This document shows, one piece after another, positions 33,060 through 45,232 of a DNA stretch of 64,000 bases; positions within the stretch are counted from its first letter, which is position 1, and the number at the start of each line of letters is the position of its first letter. The notes beneath the pieces are model-generated. The model saw nothing but the letters and a program-made list of their open reading frames with translations, did no database searches and was not told where the DNA came from. Source of the stretch: an uncultured Planctomycetota bacterium (GTDB lineage: Bacteria; Planctomycetota; Planctomycetia; Gemmatales; Gemmataceae); the NCBI GenBank assembly GCA_963849325.1, contig CAWKHF010000003.1, positions 64,001 to 128,000 on the forward strand, read 5' to 3'. A program made the position numbers and the translations under genes.

Positions 33060-34321
33060 TCACGTTCCCGATTCCTTGTCTGGCGGCCCGAGCAGCCCCG
33101 GCAGATCGAAGCCCTTGCCGCCCTTGAGCAGCTGCCGCTGCGCCTGCGTCTGCTGGCTGAGACCCCACAGGCGAATGAAACCCGCGGGCGGCGTCGTGGT
33201 CGAAACTGTCGCCGCTCTCGTAGGTGGCCAGCTTCTTGCTGTACAGGCTGTGCTCGCTCTTGCGGCCGACCACCGTGGCCTTGCCCTTGAACAGCTTCAC
33301 CCGCACCTGGCCGGCGACGAAGCGCTGGTTGCTGGCCACGAAGGCGAACAGATCCTGATGGAAGGCGCTGAACCACAGGCCATTATAGATAATGTCGGCA
33401 TATTCCTGCGAGACCAACGTCTTGAAGCGCTGGGCCTGCTTGCTCAGACACAGCGACTCCAGCTCGCGGTGCGCCTCGTGCAGGATCACCGCCGCCGGCG
33501 CCTCGTACAGCTCGCGCGACTTGATGCCGACCAGGCGGTTCTCGACGTGGTCGATGCGGCCGACGCCGTGCTGGCCGCCGAGCTCGTTCAGCCGCTCGAT
33601 CAGCGGCACGCCGTCCAGCGGCTGGCCGTCCAGACCCACCGGCTTGCCGTGCTCGAAGTCGATGGTGACGTAGGCCGGCTCGTTCGGCGCCCTGAGCCGG
33701 ATCGACCGTCCAGGCGAAGGCGTCGGCCGGCGGCTCGTCCCACGGGTCTTCCAGCACGCCCGCCTCGCAGCTGCGGCCCCACAGGTTCAGGTCGAGACTG
33801 TAAGGGCTTTCCTTGGTCGCCTCGACCGGGATGCCGTGCTTGGCCGCGAAGGCGATTTCCTCGTCGCGGCTCATCTTCCACTCGCGCACCGGGGCGATGA
33901 TCTTCAAATCCGGGGCCAACGTCTGGAAGGTGACGTCGAAACGAACCTGATCGTTGCCCTTGCCGGTGCAGCCGTGGGCCACGGCCTTGGCCTTGTGGTC
34001 GCGGGCGGCATCGACCATCAGCTTGGCGATCAGCGGCCGGCCCAGCGCCGTCGCCAGCGGATACTTGCCCTCGTACATCGCCCCGGCCATCAGGGCCGGA
34101 AAGACGAAGCAATCGACGAACAGGTTGCGAGCGTCCAGGGCGACGGCATCGACCGCCCCGGTCCGCAGCGCCTTCTGGCGGATGCGCTCGATGTCCTCGC
34201 CCTGGCCGAGATCCACCGTGAACGTCACCACGTCGAGGTTGTACTTCTCGCCGATCCACGGCACCATCACGGACGTGTCCAGACCGCCCGAGTACGCCAG
34301 GATGACTTTGTCGCGTGCCAT
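33060..34321 (-). CDS. argG: Argininosuccinate synthase (frameshifts ~33690 and ~33180)
   Basis: LAYSGGLDTS, HGCTGKGNDQVRF, ENRLVGIKSRE. Confidence 0.95.
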
Positions 34322-34326
34322 TTTTC

Positions 34327-34408
34327 AGTTCGGAGTTCGGAGTTCGGAGTGAAGAGTCCAATAGAGATTCTGAAACACTCAGAACTCCGAACTCCGAACT
34401 CCGAACTT
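34327..34408. repeat. Inverted pair of heptamer tandem arrays, (GAGTTCG)n and (CGAACTC)n
   Basis: agttcggagttcggagttcggagtg ... cactcagaactccgaactccgaactccgaact. Confidence 0.85.
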
Positions 34409-34446
34409 GGTATCATCCTAGGTGGGACCGTAGGGGACGGAAAGAC

Positions 34447-34878
34447 ATGCCCTCCGCCGCATTTCAACTTTTGAGCATTCCACGATCCGTTTATGAAGGA
34501 ATGCTGTGGCATGCACTGGCGGAGAGGCCGTTGGAATGCTGCGGCCTGCTGGCCGGCACGATACGGGAGGGCGTCGGCGAAGTGCGGATGCGCTATCCGC
34601 TGCTCAACGCCGCCGCCAGTCCCGTGGAGTTCGAGTCCGATCCGGCCAGTCATTTTTCGGCGGACAAAGACATCCGCCGTCAGGGACTCGACGTGCTCGC
34701 CGTCTACCACTCGCATCCCTCGTCGGCGCCGGTCCCCAGTCGCAAAGACCTGGCGCGCAATTGGAGTCCCAACGTGGTCAACCTCATCCTCGCGCTGACG
34801 ACGACGCCTCCGACCGTCCGCGCCTGGTGGTTAACCGCCGAGGACTACCGCGAGGCGAGCTGGGAGGTGGAAAGGTAG
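34447..34878 (+). CDS. JAMM/Mov34 (M67) metallopeptidase
   Basis: ECCGLLAG and YHSHPSSAPVPSRKD. Confidence 0.9.
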   Translation: MPSAAFQLLSIPRSVYEGMLWHALAERPLECCGLLAGTIREGVGEVRMRYPLLNAAASPVEFESDPASHFSADKDIRRQGLDVLAVYHSHPSSAPVPSRKDLARNWSPNVVNLILALTTTPPTVRAWWLTAEDYREASWEVER

Positions 34879-34956
34879 GTTTGCCGATTTCCCTTGTCCC
34901 GTCGGTCGCGCGCCGGTTACGATTGCAAGAGTGACCCCCGTGCAAAGGAGGCCGCC

Positions 34957-37641
34957 GTGTTGTCCGCCACCTCGCGTCGTATCCTGTTCGGCTATCCTCT
35001 CATCCTTGTCGCCGTCCTCTGTGCCACGGCCGCCGAACCGGCCGCTCGGCCCACGGCCAAGCAGATCGCCCAGTGGGTCCAGCAACTGGGGGACAACAGC
35101 TTCGCCGTGCGCGAGGACGCCTCGAAAAAGCTGTGGATGGCCGGCGACGCCGCCGAGTCCGCGCTGGAGGAAGCCGCCAAGAGCGAGGACGCCGAGGTAG
35201 TCCGCCGGGCGCACGACATCCTGGACAAGTTCAAGTGGGGCATCTATCCCGACACGCCCGCCAACGTCGTCGCCCTCATTCAGGCTTACCAATCCACCGA
35301 TGTCAACGCTCGGGCGGGGATCGTGCAACGACTTCTCCAAAGCGGCCCGCACGGTTTGCAAGCCGTCCTCAAGATCGCCAAGGCCGAGACCGACCCCAAC
35401 CAACGTAAGGCTCTCGGTCAACTGGCTTCGAGCAAGCTGCCGGCCGCGCTTCCGCAAGTCCTGGAAGAGGGCAAGTTCGAGAGGTTCGAGGCCCTTCTCG
35501 AGATGGGCCATGACAGCGAGGTCATTGACCACAATCCGTACACCGCCTACTGGTTGCTGCGCGGCAAGCTGGACCCGCGCATCGCCCACTTCCGCTCCCG
35601 GCTGGACAAACATCCCAAGGACCAGCGCAGCGCCGAGACGCTCGCCTACCTCTATCGAGCGCGGGGCGATCTCAAGGAAGCCGCCGCCGCGGCCGAGAAG
35701 GCGGGGAACGTCGATCTGCTTGAAGGCATCCTCTACGAGGCGGCTGATTGGAAGGCGCTGGCGGCGCGTCCCGATCGTTTGCCGGAGGCGGTGGGGACCG
35801 TCGATCACACGGCCTACCGCGCGGCCTACGCGCGGCTGGCCGGTGATCGGAAGGAATTCCAAGCGGCATGCGCCGAATTGCAGAAAGTGGCTCAGAAGGA
35901 GCCGCAGAGCGACGTTTGGCGATTCGCCGTCGCCAAGGCGTTCCTCCTCAACGACCGCCCCGCCGACGGCCTGGCGCTGTTAGCGAAAGTGCCCGAACGC
36001 CATCCGATCCTCTTCGAGATCCTCTGCGCTCGACTCCAATACCGCGAGGCGATGGCGCTGGTGGACCAATCCCGTCCCGCCGACAGCAAGGAACAGAAAC
36101 AGCTGGAAATCCTCAAGGCGCGGACGCTGTATCAGCTGGGGGAGAAGGACAAGGCGCAGGCATTGTTCACCCGTCTCGCCGCGCAGATCAAAGAAGGCGT
36201 TGATCTCTCGTGGGTCGAAAGTTTGCTGGAGGCGGAATACAAAGTCGGCTTGAAAGAACAGGCCTTCGAGCATTGCGCCAAGGCCATGAGCGACGGGCTG
36301 CCGAAAGAGATGAAGGTCATCCAGGCTGGGGCTTATCTGAAGCCATTCTTTCCTGATCGAGCCGAGACGGCCGAGGTATGGTGGGAACTGCTGCGCCTGA
36401 AGCACAAGGACGAAACCAACGCCTCGATTCTGAAGCGACTGCGCGACCTGATGGAGGGCAAGGTCGCCGCCAAGGAAGTCAAGGCATGCATCGAGGAGGC
36501 GGATCGGGCGCTGGCCGTCCCGCAGGAGCGGAAGGTTCCGAGAGACACGGCCCGCCGGCGTCAGGTGTGGGCCGGCGCCGTCGCGGCTGTCGGACTCGAT
36601 GACTTGGCCCATTCGCTCCTGGAGAAAGCTGGTACTCCCGAAGCGTTGCTTCGTCTCGGTGATCTTCTGGCTGGTAAAAAACAGTGGGCGAAGGCGGCCG
36701 AACGCTATCGCCAAGCATGGGACAAGGACCGGATCCACGACGATACCGTACCGGAGGGAAAGCAGCTCGATCCCTTGCCATTGTTCCTCGCCGGCTCGGC
36801 CCTGGTGAAAGCCGGCCAGAACACCGAGGGGAAAAAGCTCATCGAACAAGCGCATTGGGTGTTGTTGGGCGATGCGTCGGGGCGGTACGCCTTTCTCCAA
36901 GCCCTGACGAAGCGCGGGCATGGGGAGGCCGTGCGGCGCGAGACGGACTTGCTGCTTCGCGTCAGCGAGCCGAACTCGTACTATTGGGGTGAGGCCGCGC
37001 GTCGCCTGGGTATCGCCGCCCTCGCTCGCAAGGACTACCGCCAGGCCGCCGAGGCTTTCGAGCAATCGATGCTGCGCTGCCTCAACACGTACACGCACTT
37101 CGTACAATCGGGCGCCTACGCCGGGGTGCCGGCCCAGGTGCATCAACTGCGCGCCCGCGCCTTGCTCATCGCCGGGAAGTTCGAGCAGGCCCAACAGCAA
37201 ATCGATCTGGCGCTGGCCGCCTCGCCGGGCAACGTCGAACTGCCGATCGCTCTGGTACCGGATTTGGAACGATGCGGCCACAAGAAAGAGGCGGCGGCGT
37301 TGTTCGATCGCTGCTTCGCGGCCTACGAGAAAGTGTGTGAGGATTATCCGCGCTGCGCCTGGGCCCACAACTCGGCGGCATGGATGGCCGCTTGCTGCCG
37401 CCGCCATCTCGACAAAGCTCTGGAGCACGCTCGCAAGGCCGTCGAGCTGGCCCCAACCACGGCCGGGTATTTGGACACGCTCGCCGAGGTCTACTTCCAG
37501 CGCGGTGAGAAGGACAAGGCCGTCGCCTTGCAAAAGCGTGTCGTCGAATTGGACCCGAAGAAGGTGTATTTCCGCAAGCAATTGCGGCGGATTGAGTCCG
37601 GCGATCCCTCCGCGGAAAGGCCGGCGGAAGACGAGGAGTGA
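34957..37641 (+). CDS. Large exported TPR-repeat protein
   Basis: Signal-like N-terminus; C-terminal TPRs (ALEHARKAVEL..YLDTLAEVYF..). Confidence 0.8.
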   Translation: MLSATSRRILFGYPLILVAVLCATAAEPAARPTAKQIAQWVQQLGDNSFAVREDASKKLWMAGDAAESALEEAAKSEDAEVVRRAHDILDKFKWGIYPDTPANVVALIQAYQSTDVNARAGIVQRLLQSGPHGLQAVLKIAKAETDPNQRKALGQLASSKLPAALPQVLEEGKFERFEALLEMGHDSEVIDHNPYTAYWLLRGKLDPRIAHFRSRLDKHPKDQRSAETLAYLYRARGDLKEAAAAAEKAGNVDLLEGILYEAADWKALAARPDRLPEAVGTVDHTAYRAAYARLAGDRKEFQAACAELQKVAQKEPQSDVWRFAVAKAFLLNDRPADGLALLAKVPERHPILFEILCARLQYREAMALVDQSRPADSKEQKQLEILKARTLYQLGEKDKAQALFTRLAAQIKEGVDLSWVESLLEAEYKVGLKEQAFEHCAKAMSDGLPKEMKVIQAGAYLKPFFPDRAETAEVWWELLRLKHKDETNASILKRLRDLMEGKVAAKEVKACIEEADRALAVPQERKVPRDTARRRQVWAGAVAAVGLDDLAHSLLEKAGTPEALLRLGDLLAGKKQWAKAAERYRQAWDKDRIHDDTVPEGKQLDPLPLFLAGSALVKAGQNTEGKKLIEQAHWVLLGDASGRYAFLQALTKRGHGEAVRRETDLLLRVSEPNSYYWGEAARRLGIAALARKDYRQAAEAFEQSMLRCLNTYTHFVQSGAYAGVPAQVHQLRARALLIAGKFEQAQQQIDLALAASPGNVELPIALVPDLERCGHKKEAAALFDRCFAAYEKVCEDYPRCAWAHNSAAWMAACCRRHLDKALEHARKAVELAPTTAGYLDTLAEVYFQRGEKDKAVALQKRVVELDPKKVYFRKQLRRIESGDPSAERPAEDEE

Positions 37642-37647
37642 GGCAAC

Positions 37648-38313
37648 TCAGTGCGGGGGTGTCGAAAGGGAAGCTCCGCCCCCGTCCGGTGCGAGACCGT
37701 CGGTCGAGATCCCCTGTTGACGGAGCTGGGCTTTGACAACGGTGTCGAAACATTTCGGACAGATACCGTGGCTGAAGCGAGCGTCCGAATGCTCGCCGAT
37801 GTATTCCTCGACCCGCTGCCAGTAGTTGGAGTCGTTGCGGATACACTTGCAGTAGCAGCAAATCGGCAGCAGTCCTTGCAGCTGCTTGACTCGCTTGAGC
37901 GCCTCCTCCAGCTCCCGAACTCGTTCCGCCAAGCTCTGTTGCAGGGCCGTCATGCGCAGACCGACGTTGACGCGCGCTTGCAGCTCATCGCGGTCGAACG
38001 GCTTGGTAATGTAATCGTCGGCCCCGCTCTCCAGGCCGGCAACGATGTCTTTCTTGTCAATGCGAGCGGTCAACAAAATGACGTAGATGGATCGCTTGGT
38101 CGGATCTTCGCGCAGACGGCGGCAGACCGACAGGCCGTCCATGCGCGGCATCATCCAATCGAGGATGGCCAACTGCGGCGTGTCCGCGCGTTCCAGGACT
38201 TCGTAGGCCGAGGAGCCATCGGTCGTCACGATGACCTGATGGCCCCACTTGCGCAGAGTCAATTCCAGGGTGCGGCGCGAGATCGGGTCGTCTTCGGCGA
38301 TAAGAATGTCCAT
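37648..38313 (-). CDS. Response regulator with C-terminal Cys-rich domain
   Basis: ILIAEDD, ILDWMMP, DDYITKPF; LPICCYCK..SHGICPKC. Confidence 0.9.
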   Translation of the reverse strand: MDILIAEDDPISRRTLELTLRKWGHQVIVTTDGSSAYEVLERADTPQLAILDWMMPRMDGLSVCRRLREDPTKRSIYVILLTARIDKKDIVAGLESGADDYITKPFDRDELQARVNVGLRMTALQQSLAERVRELEEALKRVKQLQGLLPICCYCKCIRNDSNYWQRVEEYIGEHSDARFSHGICPKCFDTVVKAQLRQQGISTDGLAPDGGGASLSTPPH

Positions 38314-38449
38314 GCGGCCGATTGTCCCTATTGCTGTCGTCCCACCGAGCGTCTCCCGATAGGATAGCACACACCGCGTCCGCGGGTCGTTCGGCCTCGC
38401 ATCACGGAACACGCGGTCAACCGTGGGCTTCTTTTCGCGGAGTAAGTCG

Positions 38450-40154
38450 ATGCTTGGTCTGCGTCTGCTGCTTCTGGGAACGTTCGCCCTGAGTCTTCTG
38501 TTGTACGGCCCTGCCTTGGCCGCTCTGGCCGGCGGAGAGATGACCGAGCGCGCCCGCCAGTTCGTCAAGGGCCATGAGACGCGCTTGCGGCCTCTCGACG
38601 TGGCCGCCAACCGCGCCTGGTGGGACGCCAACACCAGCGGCAAGTCCGAAGACTTCGCCCGCAAGATCGAGACGCAAAACCGCATCGACGAGGCGCTCGC
38701 CGACCCTGCGGTGTTCGCCGAACTGAAGAAGCTCAAGGAAAACCGCAAACAGATCGATGATGCCGTGCTGGCCCGCGCCATCGACGTGTTGTATCTACTG
38801 TACCTCGAAAAGCAGGTAGACACGGCCCTGCTCAAGAAGACGGTGGCCAAGGCCAACGCCATCGAGGAGAAGTTCAACAAGTTCCGCGCTCGCGTGGACG
38901 GCGGCGAGATGACCGACAACGAGGTGCGCAAGGTCCTCAAAACGTCCACGAATTCGGCACGGCTGCAAGCCGTCTGGGAGGCGAGCAAGGCTGTCGGCGC
39001 CGAGGTGGCCGACGACCTCAAGGAGTTGGTTCGTCTGCGCAACCAGGCCGCGGTCAAGCTCGGTTTCAAGAACTTCCATGCCTTGCAGCTGTACCTCAAC
39101 GAGCAGGACGGTGAACAGCTGCTCCAGCTGTTCGACGAGCTGGACCAGCTGACGCGCGGCGCCCTTCGAGGCGGCCAAGGCCGACCTCGACGCCCGCCTT
39201 GCCGGTTGTTACGGCATCCCGAAGACGGATCTGCGGCCGTGGCACTATCACGATCCGTTCTTCCAGGCGACGCCGGACGTGTTCGCCACCGACCTCGACG
39301 CTCCCTTCGCCCGCGCCGACTTGCCGGCCCTGTGCCGCGACTTCTACGCCGGCATCGGTCTGCCGATCGATCGCGTCATCGCTCGCAGCGACCTGTACGA
39401 GAAGAAGGGCAAGAGTCAGCACGCCTTCTGCACCGACATCGACCGCGAAGGCGACGTGCGCGTGCTGGCCAACGTCCGGCCGAACAACCAGTGGGCCTCG
39501 ACCCTGTTGCACGAGTTCGGCCATTCCGTCTACAGCAGCCTGAACATCCCGGCGACGCTGCCCTACGCCCTGCGCATGGAGTCGCACATCCTGACCACGG
39601 AGGGCGTGGCCATGATGTTCGAGCGCCTGAGCAAGCGCGGCCGATTCCTGGTGACGATGGAGCTGCCGGTCAAGGACGTCAAGGCGTTCGACGAGGCGGC
39701 GTCCAAGACGCTGCGCTATCAACTGCTGATCTTCTCGCGCTGGTGCCAGGTGATGCTGCGTTTTGAGAAGGGCATGTACGAGAACCCCGAGCAGGACCTC
39801 AACAAGCTGTGGTGGGATCTGGTCGAGAAGTACCAGCAGGTCAAACGGCCGCCCGGCCGCAACGCCCCGGACTATGCCAGTAAGGTCCACATCGTCAGTG
39901 CGCCGGTATACTATCACAATTACATGATGGGCGAGCTGTTCGCCTCACAGGTACATCACGCCATCGTCCGCGAACTGTACAAGGGCGCCGATCCCGGCAG
40001 CGTCGTCTACGTCGGCAACAAGGCCGTAGGCGAGTTCATGAAGAAGCGCGTCTTCGAGCCGGGCCGGAGCCTAAGCTGGAACGAATTGACGCGCCACGCT
40101 ACCGGCGAGGCGCTCAATGCCAAGGCGTTCGCCGCGGATTTCAAGGAGAAATAA
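38450..40154 (+). CDS. M2/M3-like metallopeptidase, peptidyl-dipeptidase A-like (frameshift ~39160)
   Basis: LLHEFGH, LTTEGVA, PVYYHNY; signal peptide. Confidence 0.82.
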
Positions 40155-40170
40155 GGAACTCTTTGCCAAC

Positions 40171-40225
40171 AAGCCCGGAGCGTCCGCGACGGGTTCTTGC
40201 AACCCGTCGCGGACGCTCCGGGCTT
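40171..40225. repeat. REP-like palindrome, family A
   Basis: AAGCCCGGAGCGTCCGCGACGGGTT-cttgc-AACCCGTCGCGGACGCTCCGGGCTT. Confidence 0.9.
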
Positions 40226-40240
40226 GTTTGAAAGCTCTCC

Positions 40241-41371
40241 ATGACACACGAACATCACCCGACGCAATCGTATTTACATAAGATCAGTCATCGGCGTATC
40301 GATCCGCCAAGGCTAACGGGGCAGACTCCCTTGCCTCGCGTCCTCGACGAGGCGTTCCTGTCGTACAACGCCGGCCGTTTGCGCGAGGCGTGCCGGCTGT
40401 ATGCGACCAAGATGCTCGCCGACGATGCCGTGGTCGGCCTATCGCTGAGCGGCGCCCTGACGCCCGCCGGCCTGGGCATGTCGTGCCTGGTGCCGCTCGT
40501 CGAGGCAGGCTTCCTCGATTGGATCGTCAGTACGGGCGCGAACCTCTATCACGATACGCATTTCGCCCTGGGCATGGACCTGCATCAGTCGCGTCCCGGA
40601 CTCGACGACTTGCAGCTCCGCGAGCACCAGGTTATCCGGATTTACGACATCGTTTTTGACTACGAGAATTTGCTCGGCACCGACCGTTTCTATCGCACCC
40701 TCTGCCGTGGCGAGGCGTTCCAGCAGACGCTGGGCACGGCGGAGTTTCACTACCTGGTTGGCAAGTACCTGGCCGCGCGCGAGGACGAGACGGGCCACAA
40801 GGGCCGCAGTCTTCTGGCGGCGGCGTATCGCTGCGGCGTGCCGATTTTCACATCGTCGCCGGGCGACAGCTCCATCGGCATGAACCTGGCCGCCCTGCAG
40901 ATGGAAGGCTCGGCCCTGCTTATCGACCCACTGCGCGACGTCAATCAGAGCGCCGCCCTTGTCTACGATGCCAAGAAACACGGCCGCAGCGGCGTGCTCA
41001 TCCTCGGCGGCGGTTCGCCGAAGAACTTCATGCTGCAAACCGAGCCGCAGATCCAGGAAGTGCTCGGCCTGCCGGAGAGCGGGCACGACTACTTCTTGCA
41101 GATCACCGACGCCCGTCCCGACACCGGCGGGCTGAGCGGGGCCACGCCGCAAGAGGCGATGACCTGGGGCAAAGTCGATCCCGAGCAACTGCCCGATACG
41201 GTGACGTGCTACGTCGATTCGACCGTGGCGCTGCCGCTGATGACCGTGTACGCCCTCGCCTCCCGATCGCCGCGTCCGTTGCGGCGGCTGATGGATCGCC
41301 TATCGGAGATGACGCGGCTACTCGAACAGGAGTATCAGTCGCGCCGAACGGAGGAGACGACCTCCGGATAG
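40241..41371 (+). CDS. Deoxyhypusine synthase-like protein (probably homospermidine synthesis)
   Basis: [36 protein letters not shown]. Confidence 0.88.
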   Translation: MTHEHHPTQSYLHKISHRRIDPPRLTGQTPLPRVLDEAFLSYNAGRLREACRLYATKMLADDAVVGLSLSGALTPAGLGMSCLVPLVEAGFLDWIVSTGANLYHDTHFALGMDLHQSRPGLDDLQLREHQVIRIYDIVFDYENLLGTDRFYRTLCRGEAFQQTLGTAEFHYLVGKYLAAREDETGHKGRSLLAAAYRCGVPIFTSSPGDSSIGMNLAALQMEGSALLIDPLRDVNQSAALVYDAKKHGRSGVLILGGGSPKNFMLQTEPQIQEVLGLPESGHDYFLQITDARPDTGGLSGATPQEAMTWGKVDPEQLPDTVTCYVDSTVALPLMTVYALASRSPRPLRRLMDRLSEMTRLLEQEYQSRRTEETTSG

Positions 41372-42528
41372 TTACGGACCCAATCCCTTGCTCATTTCCT
41401 GCTGAATGCCCGCCAAATCTTCGACGCCGACCGACAGCCGGACAAGGCCGTCGGTGATCCCCTGGCGCTGTTTCTCCTCGGGGTTGACGTAGCGGTGCGA
41501 GGTGGTCGCCGGGTGACTGCACGTCGTCGTCGTGTGGCCCAGCGACGGACTGAACGGGATGCCCGGCGCCTGGCGCATGAAGCGGTTGACCGCCTCTCGG
41601 CCGTCGGCGAGATCGAAGCAGAGCATGTTGCCGAAACCGCCGCCGAGGAGACGGCTGGCCAGCTCATGGTCGGGGTGGTCGGCGCGTCCGGGGTAAACGA
41701 CGCGCGTAACGCCGGGTTGTCCGGCGAGCCAGTCGGCAAGGGCGGCGGCGTTGGCCGACGCCGCCGTCATGCGTAAGCGCAGCGTCGCCAGGCCGCGTTC
41801 GGCCAGCCAGCAGTCGAACGGGTTGGACGAGCAGGCCCCAGATGCTGCTGACCTGGCTTACCTCGGCAAGCAAGTCGCCCTTGCCGCACACGAGGCCGAG
41901 CGTCACGTCGCTGTGGCCGCCAATCATTTTCGTCAGGCTCTCCATCACCACAGCCGCGCCCAACTCCAGCGGCCGAACCAGCACCGGCGTGGCAAACGTG
42001 TTATCGACGACGAGCAGCGCAACGGGCCTCATGGGCCAGCCGGGCCAGCGCGGACAGGTCGCAGGCGCGCAGCAGCGGGTTCGACAGCGTCTCGACGAAC
42101 AGCAGACGCGCCGGCGTCTCCAGGGCGCGGCGCACTTGCTCCAGGTCGGTCGTGTCCACGAACGTCGTCTGCACGCCGAAACGTGGCAACTCCTGCTGGA
42201 ACAACTGCGTGGTCCGGCCGTAGAGGCGGTGACTGGTGACAATGCGTTGTCCCTGTTCGACCAGGGCCAGGACGATGGCGCTGATGGCGGCCATGCCCGA
42301 CCCGGTGACGAGCGCCCACTCCGCCCCCTCCAGGTCCGCCAGCCGAGCAGCAAGGCGGTGTGCGTTGGGGTGAGCGTCACGGGCATAGATGTAGCCGGCC
42401 TCGTGATCGTCGAGGATGCGGTCGAGGGCGTCGAGGTCCGGCAGCGTGTAGACCGACGATTGATACAGCGGCGGCACCAGCGGATGGCTCGGTCCCAGCG
42501 TGGACGGAGGCGTGCGGTTCTCGGCCAT
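41372..42528 (-). CDS. Cys/Met metabolism PLP enzyme, cystathionine gamma-synthase/lyase family (frameshifted)
   Basis: GSGMAAI, ETLSNP, VDNTFATP, ESLTKMIGGHSD, LVRLSVGVED. Confidence 0.88.
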
Positions 42529-42549
42529 GACACTTTCTCCGCGATCTCC

Positions 42550-42600
42550 GAGCCTGAAGCGTAAGCGAAGGAACGGCGACTTCGCTTACGCTTCAGGCTC
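42550..42600. repeat. REP-like palindrome, family A variant
   Basis: GAGCCTGAAGCGTAAGCGAAG-9 nt-CTTCGCTTACGCTTCAGGCTC. Confidence 0.88.
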
Positions 42601-42772
42601 GGACAACAACAAACATTTTGTCCGCTCGCTCTTATTGGATCAAGCGACGGCCTCTCCGTCGATGGGGGATCGCCGAGGAAAGTCCGTCGATGAAAAAAGC
42701 GTCAGCGAGGGGGGCCTCGCTGACGCCAACGCAACCTCTCTGCCCGCTGGGGAGCGGCGGAACAGAGATCGC

Positions 42773-43745
42773 TCACGGTTTGCTTTTCTGCAAGTAGTTC
42801 TGCACGGCGATCCACATGGTCCGGTGCGGCCCTTCTTGATCCTGCTTGAAGCCGAGCCGAGCCGCCGCTTCCCGCGCCTCGGTCGTCGCTATCGCGGTCC
42901 ACGAGACGAAAGTGCAAGTACCACAGCCCACCCGCCAACGAGCTGTCTCGGTCATAGACGAACAGAGGCAGATTGTTGGCGTCGCTCACCAATCGGTTGA
43001 ACTGGTCCACGATCTCCTTCGACAGTGTCTGCGGCGACACTTCCAGACTTAGATAGCGCAGCCCGATTTGCTCGAAAGTACGGCGGGCGGCGCTGTCGTC
43101 CTCGCCGGGCGCGCGGACGTGCAGGACCGTGCGATAGCCGTGCGCTTTCAGCCACTTGACGCCATCGGCGAACGGTTCCTGCCCGGCGGCGACGTTCGGC
43201 TTGACCTCGGTGAACTGCGGGATGTCCACCGGCAGCGCGGGGCTGGCGGCGCGGTCATCGCGGGCCGGAGGCGGTTCGTTCGTCTGCGGCGGATACAGTC
43301 GGGCCGACTCCTTCGGCGGGGCGGCATCTTTCGGCGGGGCGGCATCGTTCGGCATCGGCCGCGTCGACTCCGGCTCGACCGGCTCCGGCGGCGCCAGGTA
43401 CACGCCCGGAGCGCCGGACGGAGGAGCGGCAGCGCTCGGCGGCTCCCGGAGAGACATAAGCGTTCTGCTGGATTTCGCCGCCTGGCGCGGGCGATACCGC
43501 AGGGGACGGTCCCGGCGGAGGCGCGGCCACGACCGGCGCGGGGGCGCTGCTACGACGGGCGGTTGGCCGGGATTGAAGCGCGGCGGCATCGGTCCACCGG
43601 GGGAGCAAGAAGCACAGGGCGGAGCCACGGCCGGGCGGGGAGTGGCCAGGTAAGCAGTGCGCGTGCGAGGCGTACCGCAGCAGCCCGACAGCCCCGCCAG
43701 CACGGTCGCACCCATTAGCCAGAACGAGATCCATCGCCGGTTCAT
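42773..43745 (-). CDS. Pro-rich probable lipoprotein with a C-terminal phosphatase-like domain (frameshifted)
   Basis: LSGC lipobox; AGQEP..WLKAHGYRTVLHVR..PLFVYD (no catalytic Cys at the expected place). Confidence 0.55.
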
Positions 43746-43902
43746 GACCTGTCCTCCTCTTCGTTCGCCATCCCAATTCTACGGTGGGCGACGGACAGGC
43801 CGGCAGAGCAGCACGACCAGTTTCCTGCGGAAATCCCGTAATCTGGCGTGAACGGTAGCGATTAGAGAGGTTGCAACGATACCGGACAGGACCAAGGGTG
43901 GC

Positions 43903-45079
43903 TCAGGCACGAGAAGGGACGCCGCTCCGCAACGCCGCAACGAGCCGGGTGACATCGGCCTCCGTGTGACCAGCCGTGACGCTGATGCGCAACCGCGCGG
44001 TCCCGTCCGGGACCGACGGCGGCCGAATCGCCGGCACAAGCAAGCCGTCGTTCTCCAGTCGGCGCGATAGGGCCATCGCCTCCCGCGCCGCGCCGACAAT
44101 CAGTGGTACGATGGGGCAGCACGAAGCGCCCACCCTCGCGCCAAGATCGCGCAGCTCCTGGCGCAATCGTTCGGCCAAAGAGAGAACATGCCGGCGGCGT
44201 TGGGGTTCGCTTTGCACCACGGCGACGGCGCGGCGGGCCGCCGCCGCGACCGGCGGTGCCAGCGCCGTCGAGAAGATGTACGGACGGGCGTGATTGACCA
44301 ACCAGTCGATCAGCCTGCGCGAGCCGCACACGAAACCGCCCTGCGCCCCCAGCGCCTTGCTCAATGTGCCGACCTTGATGAGCCGATCCCACGACCACGA
44401 TCCGGACGGCAACAGGTCCGTGACGCCGCGGCCGTGCTCGCCCAGCACGCCGGTCGCGTGCGCCTCGTCGATCACCAACAGACAATCGAATCGCTCCGCC
44501 AGCTCCAGTAGTTCGGCCAGCGGCGCAACATCGCCGTCCATGCTGAAGACGGTATCGCTGACGATCACTCGCCGTCGGACACGCCGGCCGACGCTGCTCA
44601 GAAGTTCGGCCAGATGATCCGTGTCGTTGTGTCGATAGACGTGAATCGATGCCCGCGAGAGGCGGCAGCCGTCGATCAGGCTGGCGTGATTGAGGGCGTC
44701 GCTGAAAACGGCGTCTGGCCGAGCAGCGAGAGAGCTGACGACCGCCAGGTTCGCGGCATAACCGCTACCGAAAACGAGTGCCGCTTCGGCTCCCTCCCAC
44801 TGAGCCAGGGTGCGTTCGAGGGAGCGCAGCGGCGGCAGATGGCCGGATACCAGGGCGGACGCCCCGGAGCCGCAGCCGTAACGCCGGGCGGCGCGGGCGG
44901 CGGCGCGCAGCCAGGCGGACATCGCCGGCCAGACCGAGGTAATCGTTGGAGGAAAAGTTAATCAGCTCGCGGTCGCGGAGGCGGATGCGCGCTCCCTGCC
45001 CGGACTGCAAACGCCGCCGGACGCGGTAAAGCCCGCGGCGACGGCGTTCCTCCAGGTCATCATCCATCCAGGCAAACAT
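43903..45079 (-). CDS. bioF: 8-amino-7-oxononanoate synthase (frameshift ~44915)
   Basis: FSSNDYLGL, NHASLIDG, FSMDGD, DEAHATG, GTLSKALG. Confidence 0.93.
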
Positions 45080-45092
45080 AAAAAGAAAAACT

Positions 45093-45225
45093 AACCGCAG
45101 AGAACACAGAGAAGAAAAAGACAAAAAAGAATGGAGAAGATCCCTTTGTTCGCGGTTCAGGAGAGTGTTGATCCCCGTTGTTCTTCTCTTCTTTTTTCTC
45201 TGTGTTCTCTGTGTTCTCTGCGGTG
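45093..45225. repeat. Purine/pyrimidine-skewed inverted repeat between bioB and bioF
   Basis: ACCGCAGAGAACACAGAGAA ... TTCTCTGTGTTCTCTGTGTTCTCTGCGGT with a 9-nt unit. Confidence 0.8.
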
Positions 45226-45232
45226 AAAAAGT

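Noticed and set aside
34327-34408. Short repeats as a CRISPR array
   Set aside because: 7-nt units with no spacers and no cas genes; no CRISPR array was seen anywhere in the window.
34447-34878. JAMM peptidase as part of a CBASS or ubiquitin-like defence system
   Set aside because: Stand-alone in a core context with no cyclase, E1/E2 or ThiS-like neighbour.
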